Below the pieces are notes generated by a model, which saw only the letters and a list, made by a program, of their open reading frames with translations, searched no databases and was not told the DNA's origin. From Vibrio cholerae ATCC 14035 (GTDB taxonomy: Bacteria > Pseudomonadota > Gammaproteobacteria > Enterobacterales > Vibrionaceae), in the NCBI RefSeq assembly GCF_000621645.1, contig NZ_JHXR01000003.1:90001-122000 (forward strand): a DNA stretch of 32,000 bases, given 5' to 3'. Below are positions 10,473 through 22,555 of this stretch, in pieces; positions within the stretch are counted from its first letter, which is position 1; each line of letters starts with the position of its first letter. The position numbers and the translations under genes are program-made.

Positions 10473-11830
10473 TTCGCGTAATGCTTTCTCAGCTCAGCTC
10501 AGTATTGAATGCTCGTTTAATTGGTGAGGATCGCGCGGTCAGTGCCGTATCGACGGACAGTCGTGCTATTCCCGCCGAAGCGCTGTTTGTTGCCTTGGTC
10601 GGTGAACGTTTTGATGCGCACGATTTTGCCTCTCAAGCGGTAACTGGTGGCGCAGTGGCGCTGTTGGTTGAGCGTGAGCTCGATGCAGAGTGTTCACAAC
10701 TGGTTGTTGCCGATACCAAACAGGCCTTAGGTCAGCTTGGCTCTTGGGTGCATGCGCAGTGTCAAACGCCTACGGTCGCGATCACCGGAAGTTGTGGCAA
10801 AACCACGGTCAAAGAGATGGTGGCCAGCATTTTAAGCCAGAAAGGCCAAGTGCTTTACACGCAAGGAAACTTCAATAACGACATCGGCGTTCCGCTGACT
10901 CTGCTGCGCTCAACGACCGAAGATGATTATGCCGTGATTGAATTAGGGGCGAATCATGTAGGTGAAATTGCCTACACCACCGCCTTGGTTAAGCCGGATG
11001 TTGCCCTAGTCAACAACGTAGCGGCAGCGCACTTAGAAGGTTTTGGCTCGATGGATGGCGTTAAACGCGCTAAAGGTGAAATCTATCAAGGGTTACAGGC
11101 GGGTGCCGTGGCGATTGTTAATTTAGACAGCAACGGTGGTGACTACTGGAAAGCGGTACTGGCGGACAAAACCGTGAAAACATTTTCCGCTACCGATCAC
11201 AATGCTGACTTTTATCCACGTGATGTGCGGTTAAATGCGCTCGGTATAGCTAGCTTTACTTTGGTTACCCCGGTTGGTGAAGTGGCTGTTGAGTTGGGCA
11301 TCATGGGCCAACACAACGTGGCCAATGCACTGGCTGCTGCGGCCTTATCACTGGAAATGGGCGCGAGCTTGGCGGAAATTGGTCAAGGTTTAGCGCATTT
11401 ATCCAAAGTGAAAGGTCGAGTGGATATGGCACCGTTGCGTGACGATATCACGCTTATTGATGACAGCTATAACGCTAGCGTGCCAGCCATGAAAGCGGCG
11501 GTGGAGCTGTTAGGCAGCTTTTCCGCTGTACGCTGGTTAATTTTGGGCAATATGGCGGAGTTGGGTGATGAAAGTCTTGCACTTCATCAGCAAGTCGGTG
11601 AACATGCTGCACCATTCGGTTTTGAGTTTGTCCTGACGTATGGCAAGGACGCAAAAGTGATCAGCGACCTTTGCCAAGGGCATCACTTTGCTACCCATCA
11701 GGACATGATGACATTTATTGAGCAGCACATAGAACAACAACAGGGTCGTACTCAAGTATTGTTGGTGAAAGGTGCCAACAGTGCAGGGATGAGTAAAATT
11801 GCCGCTGCTCTCAAGGAGAAATTTGCATGA
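10469..11830 (+). CDS. murF: UDP-MurNAc-tripeptide:D-Ala-D-Ala ligase
   Basis: 453 aa with P-loop [17 protein letters not shown] overlap with the murE stop. Confidence 0.95.
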   Translation: MIRVMLSQLSSVLNARLIGEDRAVSAVSTDSRAIPAEALFVALVGERFDAHDFASQAVTGGAVALLVERELDAECSQLVVADTKQALGQLGSWVHAQCQTPTVAITGSCGKTTVKEMVASILSQKGQVLYTQGNFNNDIGVPLTLLRSTTEDDYAVIELGANHVGEIAYTTALVKPDVALVNNVAAAHLEGFGSMDGVKRAKGEIYQGLQAGAVAIVNLDSNGGDYWKAVLADKTVKTFSATDHNADFYPRDVRLNALGIASFTLVTPVGEVAVELGIMGQHNVANALAAAALSLEMGASLAEIGQGLAHLSKVKGRVDMAPLRDDITLIDDSYNASVPAMKAAVELLGSFSAVRWLILGNMAELGDESLALHQQVGEHAAPFGFEFVLTYGKDAKVISDLCQGHHFATHQDMMTFIEQHIEQQQGRTQVLLVKGANSAGMSKIAAALKEKFA

Positions 11831-12909
11831 TTATTTGGCTTGCTGAACTGCTCCAGCCATATTTTTCGTTTTTCCGTCTGTTCGAATATCTCTCATTTCG
11901 CGCCATTGTCAGCATTCTGACTGCGCTTGGGATCTCGTTGTGGATGGGGCCGCGCATGATTAAGCGCCTACAAATGTTGCAGATTGGGCAAGTAGTGCGT
12001 AATGAAGGGCCTGAATCTCACTTCAGTAAACGCGGTACTCCGACCATGGGTGGGGTGATGATCCTTGCCGCGATCACCATCACTGTACTGCTGTGGGCCG
12101 ACCTGACTAACCCTTATGTTTGGGCTGTGCTTGCGGTACTGCTCGGTTACGGTGCGGTCGGTTTTGTCGATGATTACCGTAAAGTGGTGCGCAAAAATAC
12201 CGATGGCTTGATCGCGCGCTGGAAATACTTCTGGCAATCTGCGATTGCTTTAGTGGTTGCGTTTGCTCTGTATGCGCACGGCCAAGATACGGCGGCAACG
12301 CAGTTGGTGGTCCCTTTCTTTAAAGATGTGATGCCACAGCTGGGCTTGATGTACATAGTGCTGACCTATTTCGTGATTGTTGGTACCAGTAATGCGGTGA
12401 ACTTGACCGATGGTCTGGATGGCTTGGCGATCATGCCAACCGTATTGGTTGCAGCCGGATTTGCGGCGATTGCATGGGCGACCGGTAACGTTAACTTCGC
12501 GAACTATCTGCATATCCCTTATATTCCTCACTCTTCTGAGTTGGTGGTGGTGTGTACCGCGATGGTCGGTGCCGGTTTAGGCTTTTTATGGTTTAACACC
12601 TATCCAGCCCAAGTATTTATGGGCGACGTCGGCGCGTTGGCGTTGGGTGGTGCGTTAGGTACGATTGCGGTACTGGTTCGCCAAGAATTTGTGTTGGTGA
12701 TCATGGGCGGTGTATTCGTGATGGAAACCCTGTCAGTGATTTTGCAAGTTGGTTCTTACAAACTGCGTGGACAACGTATCTTCCGTATGGCACCGATTCA
12801 CCATCACTACGAATTAAAAGGCTGGCCAGAACCACGTGTGATCGTGCGTTTTTGGGTCATCTCTATCGTTTTAGTATTGATTGGCTTAGCGACACTCAAA
12901 GTTCGTTAA
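11827..12909 (+). CDS. mraY: Phospho-N-acetylmuramoyl-pentapeptide transferase
   Basis: 360-aa polytopic membrane protein with motifs [13 protein letters not shown] and [15 protein letters not shown] overlap with the murF stop. Confidence 0.96.
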   Translation: MIIWLAELLQPYFSFFRLFEYLSFRAIVSILTALGISLWMGPRMIKRLQMLQIGQVVRNEGPESHFSKRGTPTMGGVMILAAITITVLLWADLTNPYVWAVLAVLLGYGAVGFVDDYRKVVRKNTDGLIARWKYFWQSAIALVVAFALYAHGQDTAATQLVVPFFKDVMPQLGLMYIVLTYFVIVGTSNAVNLTDGLDGLAIMPTVLVAAGFAAIAWATGNVNFANYLHIPYIPHSSELVVVCTAMVGAGLGFLWFNTYPAQVFMGDVGALALGGALGTIAVLVRQEFVLVIMGGVFVMETLSVILQVGSYKLRGQRIFRMAPIHHHYELKGWPEPRVIVRFWVISIVLVLIGLATLKVR

Positions 12910-12920
12910 GTGGATTAAGG

Positions 12921-14255
12921 ATGTCAATTTCAATGGACCGTTGGCAAGGCATACAACATGTGGTCGTCGTGGGGCTCGGGATTACCGGGCTCTCTGTCGT
13001 TAATTATCTGCGAAAATATCATCCGTCGGTAACCGTGCAGGTTATCGATACGCGCGAAATACCACCGGGGCAAGAGCAGCTTTCGTCGGACGTTGCACTG
13101 CACCGTGGCGGGTGGAATCTTGAGTGGTTACTCAATGCCGATTTGGTAGTCACCAATCCAGGCATTGCGTTGGCGACGCCGGAAATCCAACAAGTGCTGG
13201 CCGCTGGAATTCCTGTTGTCGGTGATATTGAGCTCTTTGCATGGCATGTGGATACACCCGTTATTGCGATCACTGGCTCGAACGGCAAAAGCACCGTCAC
13301 TGATTTAAGTGGTGTGTTAGCCAATGCTGCTGGTGTGAAGGCCGCGGTAGGCGGCAATATTGGGGTTCCGGCACTGGATCTGATTTCTCCAGACGTTGAA
13401 CTGTATGTGCTTGAGCTATCAAGCTTCCAATTAGAAACCACCTCTAGTCTAAAACTGAAAGCGGCTGCGTTTCTCAATCTTTCTGAAGATCATATGGATC
13501 GTTATCAGGGGATGGGAGATTACCGCCAAGCCAAACTGCGCATTTTCGATCATGCCGAAACCGCAGTGGTGAATGCCGATGATACTCAAACTTTTCCTGA
13601 CCACGCGGCGCATCTGCAAGTGGTGACGTTTGGTGTCGAGCAAGCTGCACAATTTAGCCTTGCTCAACATCAAGGCCGCGAATACCTTTTTGCGCGCGAT
13701 GAGGCCGTCATGGCGTGTGCTGAGCTGAGTTTAGTTGGCCGTCATAACGTGACAAACGTACTTACCGTGTTAGCTTTGCTGGATTCAGCCGGAGTAAACT
13801 TCCGTTTGGCTTTGGATGCACTCAAGTCTTACACGGGTTTGACACACCGCTGCCAAGTGGTTGCCGATAATCACGGCATCAAGTGGGTCAATGATTCTAA
13901 GGCGACCAATGTTGCGAGTACGCTGGCAGCATTGTCGGGATTAAAAATCGAAGGCCAGCTCTATTTGTTGGTTGGTGGCGTAGGTAAAGGGGCGGATTTC
14001 ACGCCGCTCGCCCCCGTATTGGCGACATTGCCTGTGCAATTGTGCTGCTTTGGTGTGGACGGCCATCAATTTATGCCACTGCACCCTTCGGCTCGGTTTT
14101 ATGACTCGATGGAGAGCATAATTCGCTCAATTCGCCCGCAATTAAAAAGTGGGGATATGGTGCTGCTCTCTCCCGCTTGTGCGAGCTTTGATCAGTTCAA
14201 AAACTTTATGGCGCGTGGGGATATTTTTGCCCAACTCGCTCGGCAATATGCATAA
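12921..14255 (+). CDS. murD: UDP-MurNAc-L-Ala:D-Glu ligase
   Basis: Rossmann-like [11 protein letters not shown] and P-loop [10 protein letters not shown]. The start is ambiguous between ATG 12921 and ATG 12933 (MDRWQGIQ...). The track start 12852 lies inside mraY and is unlikely. Confidence 0.92.
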   Translation: MSISMDRWQGIQHVVVVGLGITGLSVVNYLRKYHPSVTVQVIDTREIPPGQEQLSSDVALHRGGWNLEWLLNADLVVTNPGIALATPEIQQVLAAGIPVVGDIELFAWHVDTPVIAITGSNGKSTVTDLSGVLANAAGVKAAVGGNIGVPALDLISPDVELYVLELSSFQLETTSSLKLKAAAFLNLSEDHMDRYQGMGDYRQAKLRIFDHAETAVVNADDTQTFPDHAAHLQVVTFGVEQAAQFSLAQHQGREYLFARDEAVMACAELSLVGRHNVTNVLTVLALLDSAGVNFRLALDALKSYTGLTHRCQVVADNHGIKWVNDSKATNVASTLAALSGLKIEGQLYLLVGGVGKGADFTPLAPVLATLPVQLCCFGVDGHQFMPLHPSARFYDSMESIIRSIRPQLKSGDMVLLSPACASFDQFKNFMARGDIFAQLARQYA

Positions 14256-14271
14256 GCGTTAGGTAAGTCAC

Positions 14272-15468
14272 TTGTTTTTATCCGGATCTTTCACAAAACT
14301 GAGCCACTGGTTGAGAACCTCCTCACCAGAGGCGCTGTTTGACCGTCAATTGGTCTGGATTGCTTTTGGCTTGATGCTGATTGGTTTGGTGATGGTGACA
14401 TCAGCCTCATTTCCCATCAGTTCTCGCCTAACCGATCAACCGTTTCACTTTATGTTTCGTCACGCCATCTTTCTGCTGTTGGCTTTTCTCACCTCAAGCA
14501 TGGTGTTACAAGTCCCTCTAGATCGTTGGATGAAATACAGCTCGTTACTACTCGGCATCTCCTTTTTCTTATTGATTGTCGTACTGGTCGTGGGCAAATC
14601 GGTCAACGGTGCATCACGTTGGATCCCGCTCGGTCTTTTTAACCTTCAGCCAGCGGAAGTGGCTAAGCTGTCACTGTTTATCTTTATGTCCGGTTATCTG
14701 GTGCGCAAGCATGATGAAGTACGACAGACTTTCTTTGGCGGCTTTTTAAAACCTATCATGGTGTTTGGTACGCTCGCGGTGTTGCTGCTCGGTCAGCCGG
14801 ACTTAGGTACCGTGATCGTAATGCTGGTGACACTGTTTGGCATGCTGTTTATTGCCGGCGCGAAACTCTCTCAGTTTTTGGCCTTGATGGTGGCAGGAGT
14901 GTTAGCGGTGGTCGCGCTGATTGTCGCTGAACCTTATCGTGTACGCCGTGTAACCTCGTTTTTAGATCCGTGGGAAGATCCCTTTGGTAGCGGTTACCAG
15001 CTGACTCAATCCTTGATGGCGTTTGGCCGCGGTGAGTGGTTTGGTCAAGGATTAGGCAATTCGATTCAAAAACTCGAATATTTGCCTGAAGCGCATACTG
15101 ACTTTGTATTCGCCGTCTTGGCCGAAGAGCTTGGCTTTATCGGCGTGGTATTAGTGCTCGTGCTGATTTTCAGTTTGGTACTGAAAGCGATTTTTATCGG
15201 CAAAAAAGCCTTTCAACATGATCAGCAGTTTGGCGGCTACCTCGCGTTTGGCATCGGTATTTGGTTTGCGTTTCAGACCTTAGTGAACGTCGGTGCGGCA
15301 GCGGGTATGGTGCCCACCAAAGGCTTGACCTTACCACTGATCAGTTACGGTGGTTCCAGTTTAATTATTATGTCAGTGGCGGTGTCGATTTTACTGCGCA
15401 TCGATCATGAATGCCGTTTAGCGGATCGCCACGCACCAGAAGAAATCACAGTTGATGAACAAGAATAA
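14272..15468 (+). CDS. ftsW: SEDS-family peptidoglycan glycosyltransferase FtsW
   Basis: 398-aa multi-pass membrane protein with SEDS motifs [17 protein letters not shown] and [19 protein letters not shown] start at 14272 preceded by AGGTAAG. The start call is less certain than the gene call. Confidence 0.9.
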   Translation: MFLSGSFTKLSHWLRTSSPEALFDRQLVWIAFGLMLIGLVMVTSASFPISSRLTDQPFHFMFRHAIFLLLAFLTSSMVLQVPLDRWMKYSSLLLGISFFLLIVVLVVGKSVNGASRWIPLGLFNLQPAEVAKLSLFIFMSGYLVRKHDEVRQTFFGGFLKPIMVFGTLAVLLLGQPDLGTVIVMLVTLFGMLFIAGAKLSQFLALMVAGVLAVVALIVAEPYRVRRVTSFLDPWEDPFGSGYQLTQSLMAFGRGEWFGQGLGNSIQKLEYLPEAHTDFVFAVLAEELGFIGVVLVLVLIFSLVLKAIFIGKKAFQHDQQFGGYLAFGIGIWFAFQTLVNVGAAAGMVPTKGLTLPLISYGGSSLIIMSVAVSILLRIDHECRLADRHAPEEITVDEQE

Positions 15469-16516
15469 AAAATTAATGGTGATGGCCGGAGGAACCGGCG
15501 GTCACGTATTTCCCGGTTTGGCTGTCGCCAAACAACTACAGCAACAGGGTTGGCAAATTCGTTGGTTGGGAACGGCTGACCGAATGGAAGCGGAATTGGT
15601 TCCTAAGCACGGCATTGAGATTGACTTTATTCAAGTCAAAGGGCTGCGCGGCCAAGGGCTGATGCGCTTACTCAAAGCACCTTTCCAAATTGTGAACGCG
15701 ATTTTGCAAGCGCGCCGCCATTTGCTGGCTTATCAGCCAGATGCAGTACTCGGCATGGGCGGTTATGTGAGCGGACCCGGCGGGATTGCCGCTTGGTTAA
15801 TGGGTATTCCAGTGGTGTTGCATGAGCAAAATGCGGTTGCTGGGCTGACTAACCAATGGCTGGCTAAAATTGCACGGCGTGTATTTCAAGCCTTCCCCGG
15901 AGCATTTGCTGACGCGCCTGTGGTGGGTAACCCAGTACGTCAAGATGTCGTACAACTTGCCGCGCCAGAGCAGCGTTTTGCCACGCGTAACGGTGCCATT
16001 CGAATTTTAGTCATGGGTGGCAGCCAAGGTGCCCGTATCCTAAACCAAACCTTGCCAGCGGTGATGGCGGCATTAGGTGAGGGTTATGAAATCCGTCATC
16101 AAGCCGGTAAAAACAGCCAACAAGACGTGGCTGAGGCTTATGCTGCTGCTGGAGTGGAAAGCGCGCAAGTCACCGAATTTATTGATGATGTGGCAGATGC
16201 ATACGCTTGGGCGGATCTGCTTATCTGTCGCTCTGGCGCATTGACCGTCTCAGAGGTCTCAGCGGCGGGCGTTGGGGCGATTTTTATCCCTTTCATGCAC
16301 AAAGATCGCCAGCAAGCACTCAACGCTGATCATTTAGTGGCTTGTGGAGCCGCCAAAATGATTGAGCAGCCCGATTTGAGTGTGGAAAAGCTCACCCAGA
16401 TGGTGCGCGAACTCGATAGAGCACAATTATTGTCCATGGCACAGAAGGCGCGCCAAGCCGCCAAATTAGATGCTGACAAGGTGGTGGCGCAAGCGATCAT
16501 CGCCATTACCGAATAA
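15455..16516 (+). CDS. murG: Lipid I:UDP-GlcNAc N-acetylglucosaminyltransferase
   Basis: N-terminal [18 protein letters not shown] motif, ~353 aa. ATG 15455 is preferred over the adjacent TTG 15452 given by the track. It overlaps the ftsW 3' end by 14 nt. Confidence 0.95.
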   Translation: MNKNKKLMVMAGGTGGHVFPGLAVAKQLQQQGWQIRWLGTADRMEAELVPKHGIEIDFIQVKGLRGQGLMRLLKAPFQIVNAILQARRHLLAYQPDAVLGMGGYVSGPGGIAAWLMGIPVVLHEQNAVAGLTNQWLAKIARRVFQAFPGAFADAPVVGNPVRQDVVQLAAPEQRFATRNGAIRILVMGGSQGARILNQTLPAVMAALGEGYEIRHQAGKNSQQDVAEAYAAAGVESAQVTEFIDDVADAYAWADLLICRSGALTVSEVSAAGVGAIFIPFMHKDRQQALNADHLVACGAAKMIEQPDLSVEKLTQMVRELDRAQLLSMAQKARQAAKLDADKVVAQAIIAITE

Positions 16517-16529
16517 CGAGAACAGAATT

Positions 16530-17990
16530 ATGACGATTAAACATACCCAAGACCTCGCCCAAATTCGCGCTATGGTGCCAGAGATGCGCCGTGTAAAAGC
16601 GATCCACTTTATTGGCATTGGCGGGGCGGGGATGAGCGGGATTGCGGAAGTGCTGCTCAATGAAGGCTATCAAATTTCAGGCTCCGATCTGGCCGCGAAT
16701 GCGGTCACTGACCGTTTAGCTGACAAAGGCGCGACCATTTTTATTGGTCATGAAGCGCACAATGTTGCTCACGCAAGCGTGGTCGTGGTCTCGACGGCTA
16801 TTAATGAACAAAACCCTGAAATCCAAGCGGCGCGTGAAAAACGCATCCCGATTGTTCGTCGTGCTGAAATGTTGGCAGAGCTGATGCGTTTTCGCCACGG
16901 TATTGCGGTCGCGGGAACTCACGGTAAAACCACCACGACGGCACTCGTCACTCAGATTTATTCTGAAGCCGGATTGGATCCGACCTTTGTGAATGGTGGT
17001 TTGGTGAAAAGCGCTGGCACCAACGCACGTTTGGGCTCTAGCCGCATTTTGATCGCTGAAGCGGATGAAAGTGATGCTTCATTCTTGCATCTGCAACCTA
17101 TGGTCACCATTGTCACCAATATCGAAGCGGATCATATGGATACTTACGGCGGCGATTTTGAAAACCTTAAACAGACCTTTATCGACTTTTTGCACAATCT
17201 GCCTTTTTACGGCCAAGCGATTTTGTGTATTGATGATCCAGTGATTCGTGAGCTTATTCCGCGTGTCAGCCGCCAAGTGATCACTTATGGATTCTCAGAA
17301 GATGCCGACGTGCGCATTGAAAATTACCGCCAGAATGGTCAGCAGGGCCAATTTACCGTGGTACGTAAAGGCAAAGCGAATTTGGATATCACGCTCAATA
17401 TCCCCGGCCGTCACAATGCGCTGAATGCCGCTGCGGCTATTGCTGTGGCTACCGAGGACGATATTCGCGATGAAGCGATTTTACGCGCAATGGCCAATAC
17501 GCAAGGCACAGGTCGCCGTTTTGACCATCTTGGAGAGTTTGAAACCGGGAATGGCGTCGCTATGCTGGTGGATGATTACGGTCACCACCCCACTGAAGTT
17601 GACGTGACGATTAAAGCGGCGCGTAATGGCTGGGCAGAAAAACGCTTAGTGATGATTTTCCAGCCGCATCGTTACACGCGAACTCGCGATTTGTATGATG
17701 ATTTTGCCAACGTACTTGAGCAAGTTGATGTACTGCTCATGCTCGATGTCTATGCTGCTGGTGAAAAGCCTATCGCAGGTGCTGATGGGCGATCTTTGTG
17801 TCGAACTATCCGCAGCCGAGGCAAAATCGATCCGATTTTTGTTCCGGATAGCCAAACCTTACCTTCGGTGCTTGCCAATATCTTGCAGGATGGTGACTTG
17901 GTACTGACGCAAGGCGCGGGCGATGTCGGGAAAGTAGCAAGGCATTTAGCCGCGCTTGAACTCAATATCGGGCGTATGCAACAGATTTAA
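16530..17990 (+). CDS. murC: UDP-N-acetylmuramate:L-alanine ligase
   Basis: [42 protein letters not shown] aligns with the E. coli MurC N-terminus as recalled. P-loop GTHGKTTTT. Start at ATG 16530, since the track start 16470 lies inside murG. Confidence 0.95.
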   Translation: MTIKHTQDLAQIRAMVPEMRRVKAIHFIGIGGAGMSGIAEVLLNEGYQISGSDLAANAVTDRLADKGATIFIGHEAHNVAHASVVVVSTAINEQNPEIQAAREKRIPIVRRAEMLAELMRFRHGIAVAGTHGKTTTTALVTQIYSEAGLDPTFVNGGLVKSAGTNARLGSSRILIAEADESDASFLHLQPMVTIVTNIEADHMDTYGGDFENLKQTFIDFLHNLPFYGQAILCIDDPVIRELIPRVSRQVITYGFSEDADVRIENYRQNGQQGQFTVVRKGKANLDITLNIPGRHNALNAAAAIAVATEDDIRDEAILRAMANTQGTGRRFDHLGEFETGNGVAMLVDDYGHHPTEVDVTIKAARNGWAEKRLVMIFQPHRYTRTRDLYDDFANVLEQVDVLLMLDVYAAGEKPIAGADGRSLCRTIRSRGKIDPIFVPDSQTLPSVLANILQDGDLVLTQGAGDVGKVARHLAALELNIGRMQQI

Positions 17991-18057
17991 AACAGCCTAA
18001 AGGTTGTCTCATTGGTGAATTCCTTGGTATCAAGCCCAGATTTCTGATGTTGGGTAT

Positions 18058-18085
18058 TTGATACTTTGGATCACCTCAGTATAAT
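18058..18085 (+). promoter_or_regulatory. Near-consensus sigma70 promoter upstream of ftsQ (TTGATA-N16-TATAAT)
   Basis: -35 TTGATA at 18058-18063, a 16-bp spacer, and a perfect -10 TATAAT at 18080-18085, in the 181-bp murC-ftsQ gap. Confidence 0.55.
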
Positions 18086-18088
18086 CCG

Positions 18089-18115
18089 GAGGTTAAAGTC
18101 ATTGCTTTAACCCTC
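18089..18115 (+). promoter_or_regulatory. Hairpin at the predicted 5' end of the ftsQ leader
   Basis: GAGGTTAAAG (18089-18098) pairs with CTTTAAC(C)CTC (18105-18115), 10 bp with a one-nt bulge and a 6-nt loop. It starts about 4 nt after the -10 hexamer. Function unknown. Confidence 0.3.
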
Positions 18116-18171
18116 TATGACGCTACGAAATAGGGAATCAAATTGCCAGTCGATAACAGGATCACCGGGCT

Positions 18172-18954
18172 TTGATCAACAAGGTACTTTTAGAAGGCCA
18201 GAGAATCACCCGCTCACCACAAGTTAAACAACATGCCTGTGGTGCGAGTTTTTTTCTGGTGGTGCTATTGCTGATAGGTGGTTTGCTGTATTCGACGATC
18301 AGTTGGATGTGGGACGAACAACGTCTGCCTCTCTCTAAACTCGTTTTACAGGGTGACTTACATTATGTTTCTGCTCTCGATGTTCAGCGGGTATTAGCAC
18401 GCTTAGATCATATCGGGACATTTATGTCACAAGATATTAATGTTCTGCAAGAGAGTGTGCAGTCGATCCCGTGGGTTTCCCATGCATCGATAAGAAAACA
18501 GTGGCCAGATACGATTAAAGTCTATTTAACCGAATATCAGGTTGAAGCTCTGTGGAATGCGAATGCGTTATTAGATAAAAATGGCACGGTATTTTATGGC
18601 GATATTGCACGAGTAAATGGTGAATACGTCAAATTATATGGGCCAGATGGCACTGCGCCACAAGTATTAAAAGCATGGCGAGATTACAACCCGAAATTTG
18701 CTCAGCTAGGTTTAAATATCTCTTCATTAGTATTAAATGATCGACGAGCTTGGCAAATTATTCTCGACAATGGTATTCGTCTGGAATTGGGGAAAGAGTC
18801 ATTAGAAGAACGAATATCGCGCTTCTTTTTGCTCTATAAACAATTAGGTAATAAAGCTGAACAAGTCAGCTATATCGACCTCAGGTATGATACTGGAGCC
18901 GCGGTGGGTTGGTTCCCTGAACAAGAGTTAACACAAGAGAAAAACGATGACTAA
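18172..18954 (+). CDS. ftsQ: Cell division protein FtsQ
   Basis: 260 aa with one TM segment (FFLVVLLLIGGLLYSTISW) followed by a POTRA-like region, placed between murC and ftsA. TTG is the earliest possible start, given the in-frame TAA at 18154-18156. Confidence 0.9.
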   Translation: MINKVLLEGQRITRSPQVKQHACGASFFLVVLLLIGGLLYSTISWMWDEQRLPLSKLVLQGDLHYVSALDVQRVLARLDHIGTFMSQDINVLQESVQSIPWVSHASIRKQWPDTIKVYLTEYQVEALWNANALLDKNGTVFYGDIARVNGEYVKLYGPDGTAPQVLKAWRDYNPKFAQLGLNISSLVLNDRRAWQIILDNGIRLELGKESLEERISRFFLLYKQLGNKAEQVSYIDLRYDTGAAVGWFPEQELTQEKNDD

Positions 18955-20209
18955 GACTGTCGATGACAACATTATTGTTGGTCTGGACATAGGCACTGCC
19001 ACCGTCTCCGCTCTCGTGGGTGAAATACTCCCTGATGGTCAAATCAATATTATTGGCGCTGGCAGTAGCCCATCTCGCGGGATGGATAAAGGCGGCGTGA
19101 ACGACCTTGAATCGGTAGTAAAATCGGTCCAACGGGCGATTGATCAAGCGGAGATGATGGCTGAATGTAAAATCAGCCATGTGTTCCTTTCGATTTCTGG
19201 ACGGCACATTGCCAGCCGTATAGAGAAAGGAATGGGGACGATTTCGGATGAAGAAGTCTCCCAAGAAGATATGGATCGCGCGATCCATACAGCAAAATCG
19301 ATCAAAATTGGTGAAGAACAGCGTATCCTGCATGTCATTCCACAGGAGTTCACCATAGATTATCAGGAAGGCATCAAGAATCCGCTGGGTTTATCCGGGG
19401 TTCGCATGGAAGTGAGTGTGCACCTGATCACTTGCCATAATGATATGGCAAGAAACATTATTAAAGCGGTTGAACGCTGCGGTTTAAAAGTTGAACAATT
19501 GGTGTATTCCGGTTTGGCGGCTAGCAACGCAGTGATTACGGAAGACGAGCGCGAGCTTGGGGTCTGTGTGGTTGATATTGGTGCTGGCACCATGGATATC
19601 GCCATTTGGACCGGCGGTGCCCTGCGTCATACCGAAGTATTTTCTTACGCAGGCAACGCGGTAACCAGTGACATCGCGTTTGCTTTTGGTACGCCAGTCA
19701 GTGATGCGGAAGAAATTAAAGTAAAATATGGTTGCGCACTGAGTGAATTGGTCAGCAAAGACGACACGGTCAATGTACCGAGTGTCGGCGGCCGTCCATC
19801 AAGAAGTTTGCAACGACAAACCTTGTCGGAAGTGATTGAGCCTCGCTACACTGAATTAATGGGGCTGGTCAATCAAACCGTGGATTCGGTGCAAGAATCC
19901 CTACGCAAAGAAGGCATCAAACACCATTTGGCTGCCGGCGTTGTGTTGACAGGGGGCGCAGCACAAATAGAAGGTTTAGTGGCATGCGCAGAACGCGTAT
20001 TCCGCAATCAAGTTAGGGTGGGTAAACCGCTGGAAGTGAGTGGCCTTACCGACTATGTAAAAGAGCCGTATCATTCTACGGCAGTGGGATTGCTTCATTA
20101 CGCAAGAGATAGTCAAATCAGCGACGATACTGAATATCAGGAACCTAAACGACCCTCTATGACAGGTTGGATAGGCCGCTTGCGCAACTGGATACAAAAA
20201 GAGTTTTAA
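18947..20209 (+). CDS. ftsA: Cell division protein FtsA (actin-like ATPase)
   Basis: 420 aa with phosphate-binding motifs GLDIGTATVSALVGE and VVDIGAGTMDIAIW. It overlaps the ftsQ 3' end by 8 nt. Confidence 0.96.
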   Translation: MTKTVDDNIIVGLDIGTATVSALVGEILPDGQINIIGAGSSPSRGMDKGGVNDLESVVKSVQRAIDQAEMMAECKISHVFLSISGRHIASRIEKGMGTISDEEVSQEDMDRAIHTAKSIKIGEEQRILHVIPQEFTIDYQEGIKNPLGLSGVRMEVSVHLITCHNDMARNIIKAVERCGLKVEQLVYSGLAASNAVITEDERELGVCVVDIGAGTMDIAIWTGGALRHTEVFSYAGNAVTSDIAFAFGTPVSDAEEIKVKYGCALSELVSKDDTVNVPSVGGRPSRSLQRQTLSEVIEPRYTELMGLVNQTVDSVQESLRKEGIKHHLAAGVVLTGGAAQIEGLVACAERVFRNQVRVGKPLEVSGLTDYVKEPYHSTAVGLLHYARDSQISDDTEYQEPKRPSMTGWIGRLRNWIQKEF

Positions 20210-20239
20210 CCTGAGAGACAGGAAAAACGGAGATAACAC

Positions 20240-21436
20240 ATGTTTGAACCGATGATGGAAATGTCTGACGATGCGGTAATCAAAGTCGTTGGAGTGGGTG
20301 GCGGCGGCGGTAACGCGGTTGAACACATGGTGCGTGAATCCATCGAGGGTGTGGAATTCATGAGTATCAATACTGATGCTCAGGCACTGCGCAAAACGAG
20401 CGTTGGTACTGTTATTCAGATTGGTGGCAATATCACCAAAGGTCTAGGTGCAGGTGCGAATCCACAAGTGGGTCGTGATGCAGCACTAGAAGATAAAGAA
20501 CGCATTAAAGAATTCCTAACTGGTGCCGATATGGTATTTATCGCAGCAGGTATGGGTGGCGGTACAGGAACCGGAGCTGCACCAGTGATTGCCGAAGTGG
20601 CAAAAGAGCTGGGCATTTTAACGGTTGCTGTAGTAACCAAACCTTTCAGCTTTGAAGGCAAAAAGCGTTTGGCTTTTGCTGAGCAGGGAATTGAAGAGCT
20701 ATCTAAGCACGTTGATTCACTGATCACGATTCCAAACGAAAAACTGCTCAAAGTGTTGGGTCGTGGTATCACGTTACTGGAAGCCTTTGCGAGCGCGAAC
20801 AACGTACTTAAAAATGCAGTGCAAGGCATCGCTGAACTGATTACTCGCCCAGGCATGATTAACGTCGACTTTGCGGACGTACGCACTGTGATGTCGGAAA
20901 TGGGTCACGCCATGATGGGTAGTGGTGTTGCAAGGGGTGAAGACCGCGCGGAAGAAGCTGCTGAAATGGCAATTTCTAGCCCGCTGCTGGAAGACATCGA
21001 TCTTGCTGGTGCACGTGGTGTTCTGGTGAATATTACTGCCGGCCTAGATATGCGACTGGATGAATTCGAAACTGTCGGCAATACTGTTAAGGCGTTTGCT
21101 TCTGACAATGCAACTGTGGTTATCGGTACTTCGTTAGACCCTGATATGGCAGACGAAATCCGCGTAACTGTCGTGGCAACCGGTATCGGTAACGAGAAAA
21201 AGCCAGATATTACTCTCGTTGCAGGTGGCAAATCTAAAGTTGCACCTGTATCGGCTCCGGTGACTTCTCGCGTGGAAGAGAAAGCGGCACAGCCTTTGCA
21301 TGAAAGAGTTGAAGTGAAAACTCAACCAGCAGCAGCGCCATCGCACTCTTCGGCAAGTCAGAGTGTCGCGCCAAAGCCAGAAAAAGAGAGCGGATATCTT
21401 GATATTCCGGCTTTCCTGAGACGTCAAGCTGACTAA
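20240..21436 (+). CDS. ftsZ: Cell division GTPase FtsZ
   Basis: 398 aa with [10 protein letters not shown], the tubulin signature [13 protein letters not shown], and the conserved C-terminal peptide [11 protein letters not shown]. Confidence 0.98.
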   Translation: MFEPMMEMSDDAVIKVVGVGGGGGNAVEHMVRESIEGVEFMSINTDAQALRKTSVGTVIQIGGNITKGLGAGANPQVGRDAALEDKERIKEFLTGADMVFIAAGMGGGTGTGAAPVIAEVAKELGILTVAVVTKPFSFEGKKRLAFAEQGIEELSKHVDSLITIPNEKLLKVLGRGITLLEAFASANNVLKNAVQGIAELITRPGMINVDFADVRTVMSEMGHAMMGSGVARGEDRAEEAAEMAISSPLLEDIDLAGARGVLVNITAGLDMRLDEFETVGNTVKAFASDNATVVIGTSLDPDMADEIRVTVVATGIGNEKKPDITLVAGGKSKVAPVSAPVTSRVEEKAAQPLHERVEVKTQPAAAPSHSSASQSVAPKPEKESGYLDIPAFLRRQAD

Positions 21437-21450
21437 AATATCAGCGTAAT

Positions 21451-21478
21451 TTGACAGTGTTCAGAATTCTGGTAGGAT
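21451..21478 (+). promoter_or_regulatory. Candidate lpxC promoter (TTGACA-N16-TAGGAT)
   Basis: A perfect -35 TTGACA at 21451-21456, a 16-bp spacer, and TAGGAT at 21473-21478, ~55 nt upstream of the lpxC ATG. Confidence 0.45.
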
Positions 21479-21533
21479 GTCGGTCGGTGTTATGCCGGCC
21501 GTTCATTGTGGCTAAATAAATCGAGGCAACTAG

Positions 21534-22451
21534 ATGATCAGACAACGTACTCTGAAAGAAATAGTGAAAACAACTGGGGTGGGCTTACACTCTGGTCGTA
21601 AAGTTACGCTGACTCTTCGCCCGGCCGCAGCCAATACGGGGATTATTTATCGTCGTACTGACGTCAACCCACCGGTTGATTTTCCTGCCGATCCGGCTTC
21701 TGTGCGTGACACCATGCTTTGTACCGCTTTGGTTAATGATCAAGGTGTACGAATCTCTACCGTAGAGCATCTTAATGCTGCTTTAGCAGGGATGGGGATC
21801 GACAATGCGATTATCGAAGTGGATGCACCCGAAATTCCAATTATGGATGGCAGTGCGAGTCCTTTTGTTTACTTGCTGCAACAAGCGGGTATTCAAACAC
21901 TCAATGCACCAAAACGCTTCATCCGTATCAAGAAACCTGTACGCATTGAAGATGGCGATAAGTGGGCTGAATTTGTTCCATTTAACGGCTTCCGTATGGA
22001 TTTCGAAATTGAGTTCAACCACCCAGCGATTGATGGCGATGACCAACGCCTCGTGTTTGATTTTTCTTCACAGGGTTTTGTGAAAGAAATCTCTCGTGCG
22101 CGTACCTTTGGTTTTATGCGTGATATCGAATATCTGCAATCACAAAACCTCTGCTTAGGTGGTAGCTTTGATTGCGCGATCGTGCTGGATGATTACCGTA
22201 TCCTGAATGAAGAAGGACTGCGTTTCGATAACGAGTTTGTGACTCATAAAGTGCTGGATGCGATTGGTGATCTCTACATGGCTGGTCATGCGATTGTTGG
22301 TGAGTTCCGTGCCTACAAATCAGGCCACGGCTTGAACAACCAACTGCTGCGTGCGGTATTGGCCGATCAAGAAGCATGGGAATGGGCAACCTTCGAAGAA
22401 GAAGTGGGTTCACCTGTTGCTTTTGCTGAACCGAACATGGTTCTCGCGTAA
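21534..22451 (+). CDS. lpxC: UDP-3-O-acyl-GlcNAc deacetylase
   Basis: 305 aa with motifs [17 protein letters not shown] and [15 protein letters not shown]. The C-terminus ends ...NMVLA. Confidence 0.97.
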   Translation: MIRQRTLKEIVKTTGVGLHSGRKVTLTLRPAAANTGIIYRRTDVNPPVDFPADPASVRDTMLCTALVNDQGVRISTVEHLNAALAGMGIDNAIIEVDAPEIPIMDGSASPFVYLLQQAGIQTLNAPKRFIRIKKPVRIEDGDKWAEFVPFNGFRMDFEIEFNHPAIDGDDQRLVFDFSSQGFVKEISRARTFGFMRDIEYLQSQNLCLGGSFDCAIVLDDYRILNEEGLRFDNEFVTHKVLDAIGDLYMAGHAIVGEFRAYKSGHGLNNQLLRAVLADQEAWEWATFEEEVGSPVAFAEPNMVLA

Positions 22452-22476
22452 GCCATTCAGAAAGAACAATCATAAT

Positions 22477-22507
22477 AAAGCCAGACAGATGTCTGGCTTT
22501 ATTTTTT
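22477..22507. terminator. Hairpin terminator between the convergent lpxC and dciA-like genes
   Basis: AAAGCCAGAC (22477-22486), loop AGAT, GTCTGGCTTT (22491-22500), then ATTTTTT. The + strand has a good U-tract; the minus-strand reading is followed only by TTATTATG, so termination in that direction is weaker. Confidence 0.75.
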
Positions 22508-22555
22508 CTTTTAAATTCAATGATATTTAAACGCTATTCTGTGAGTGTAACCTGC

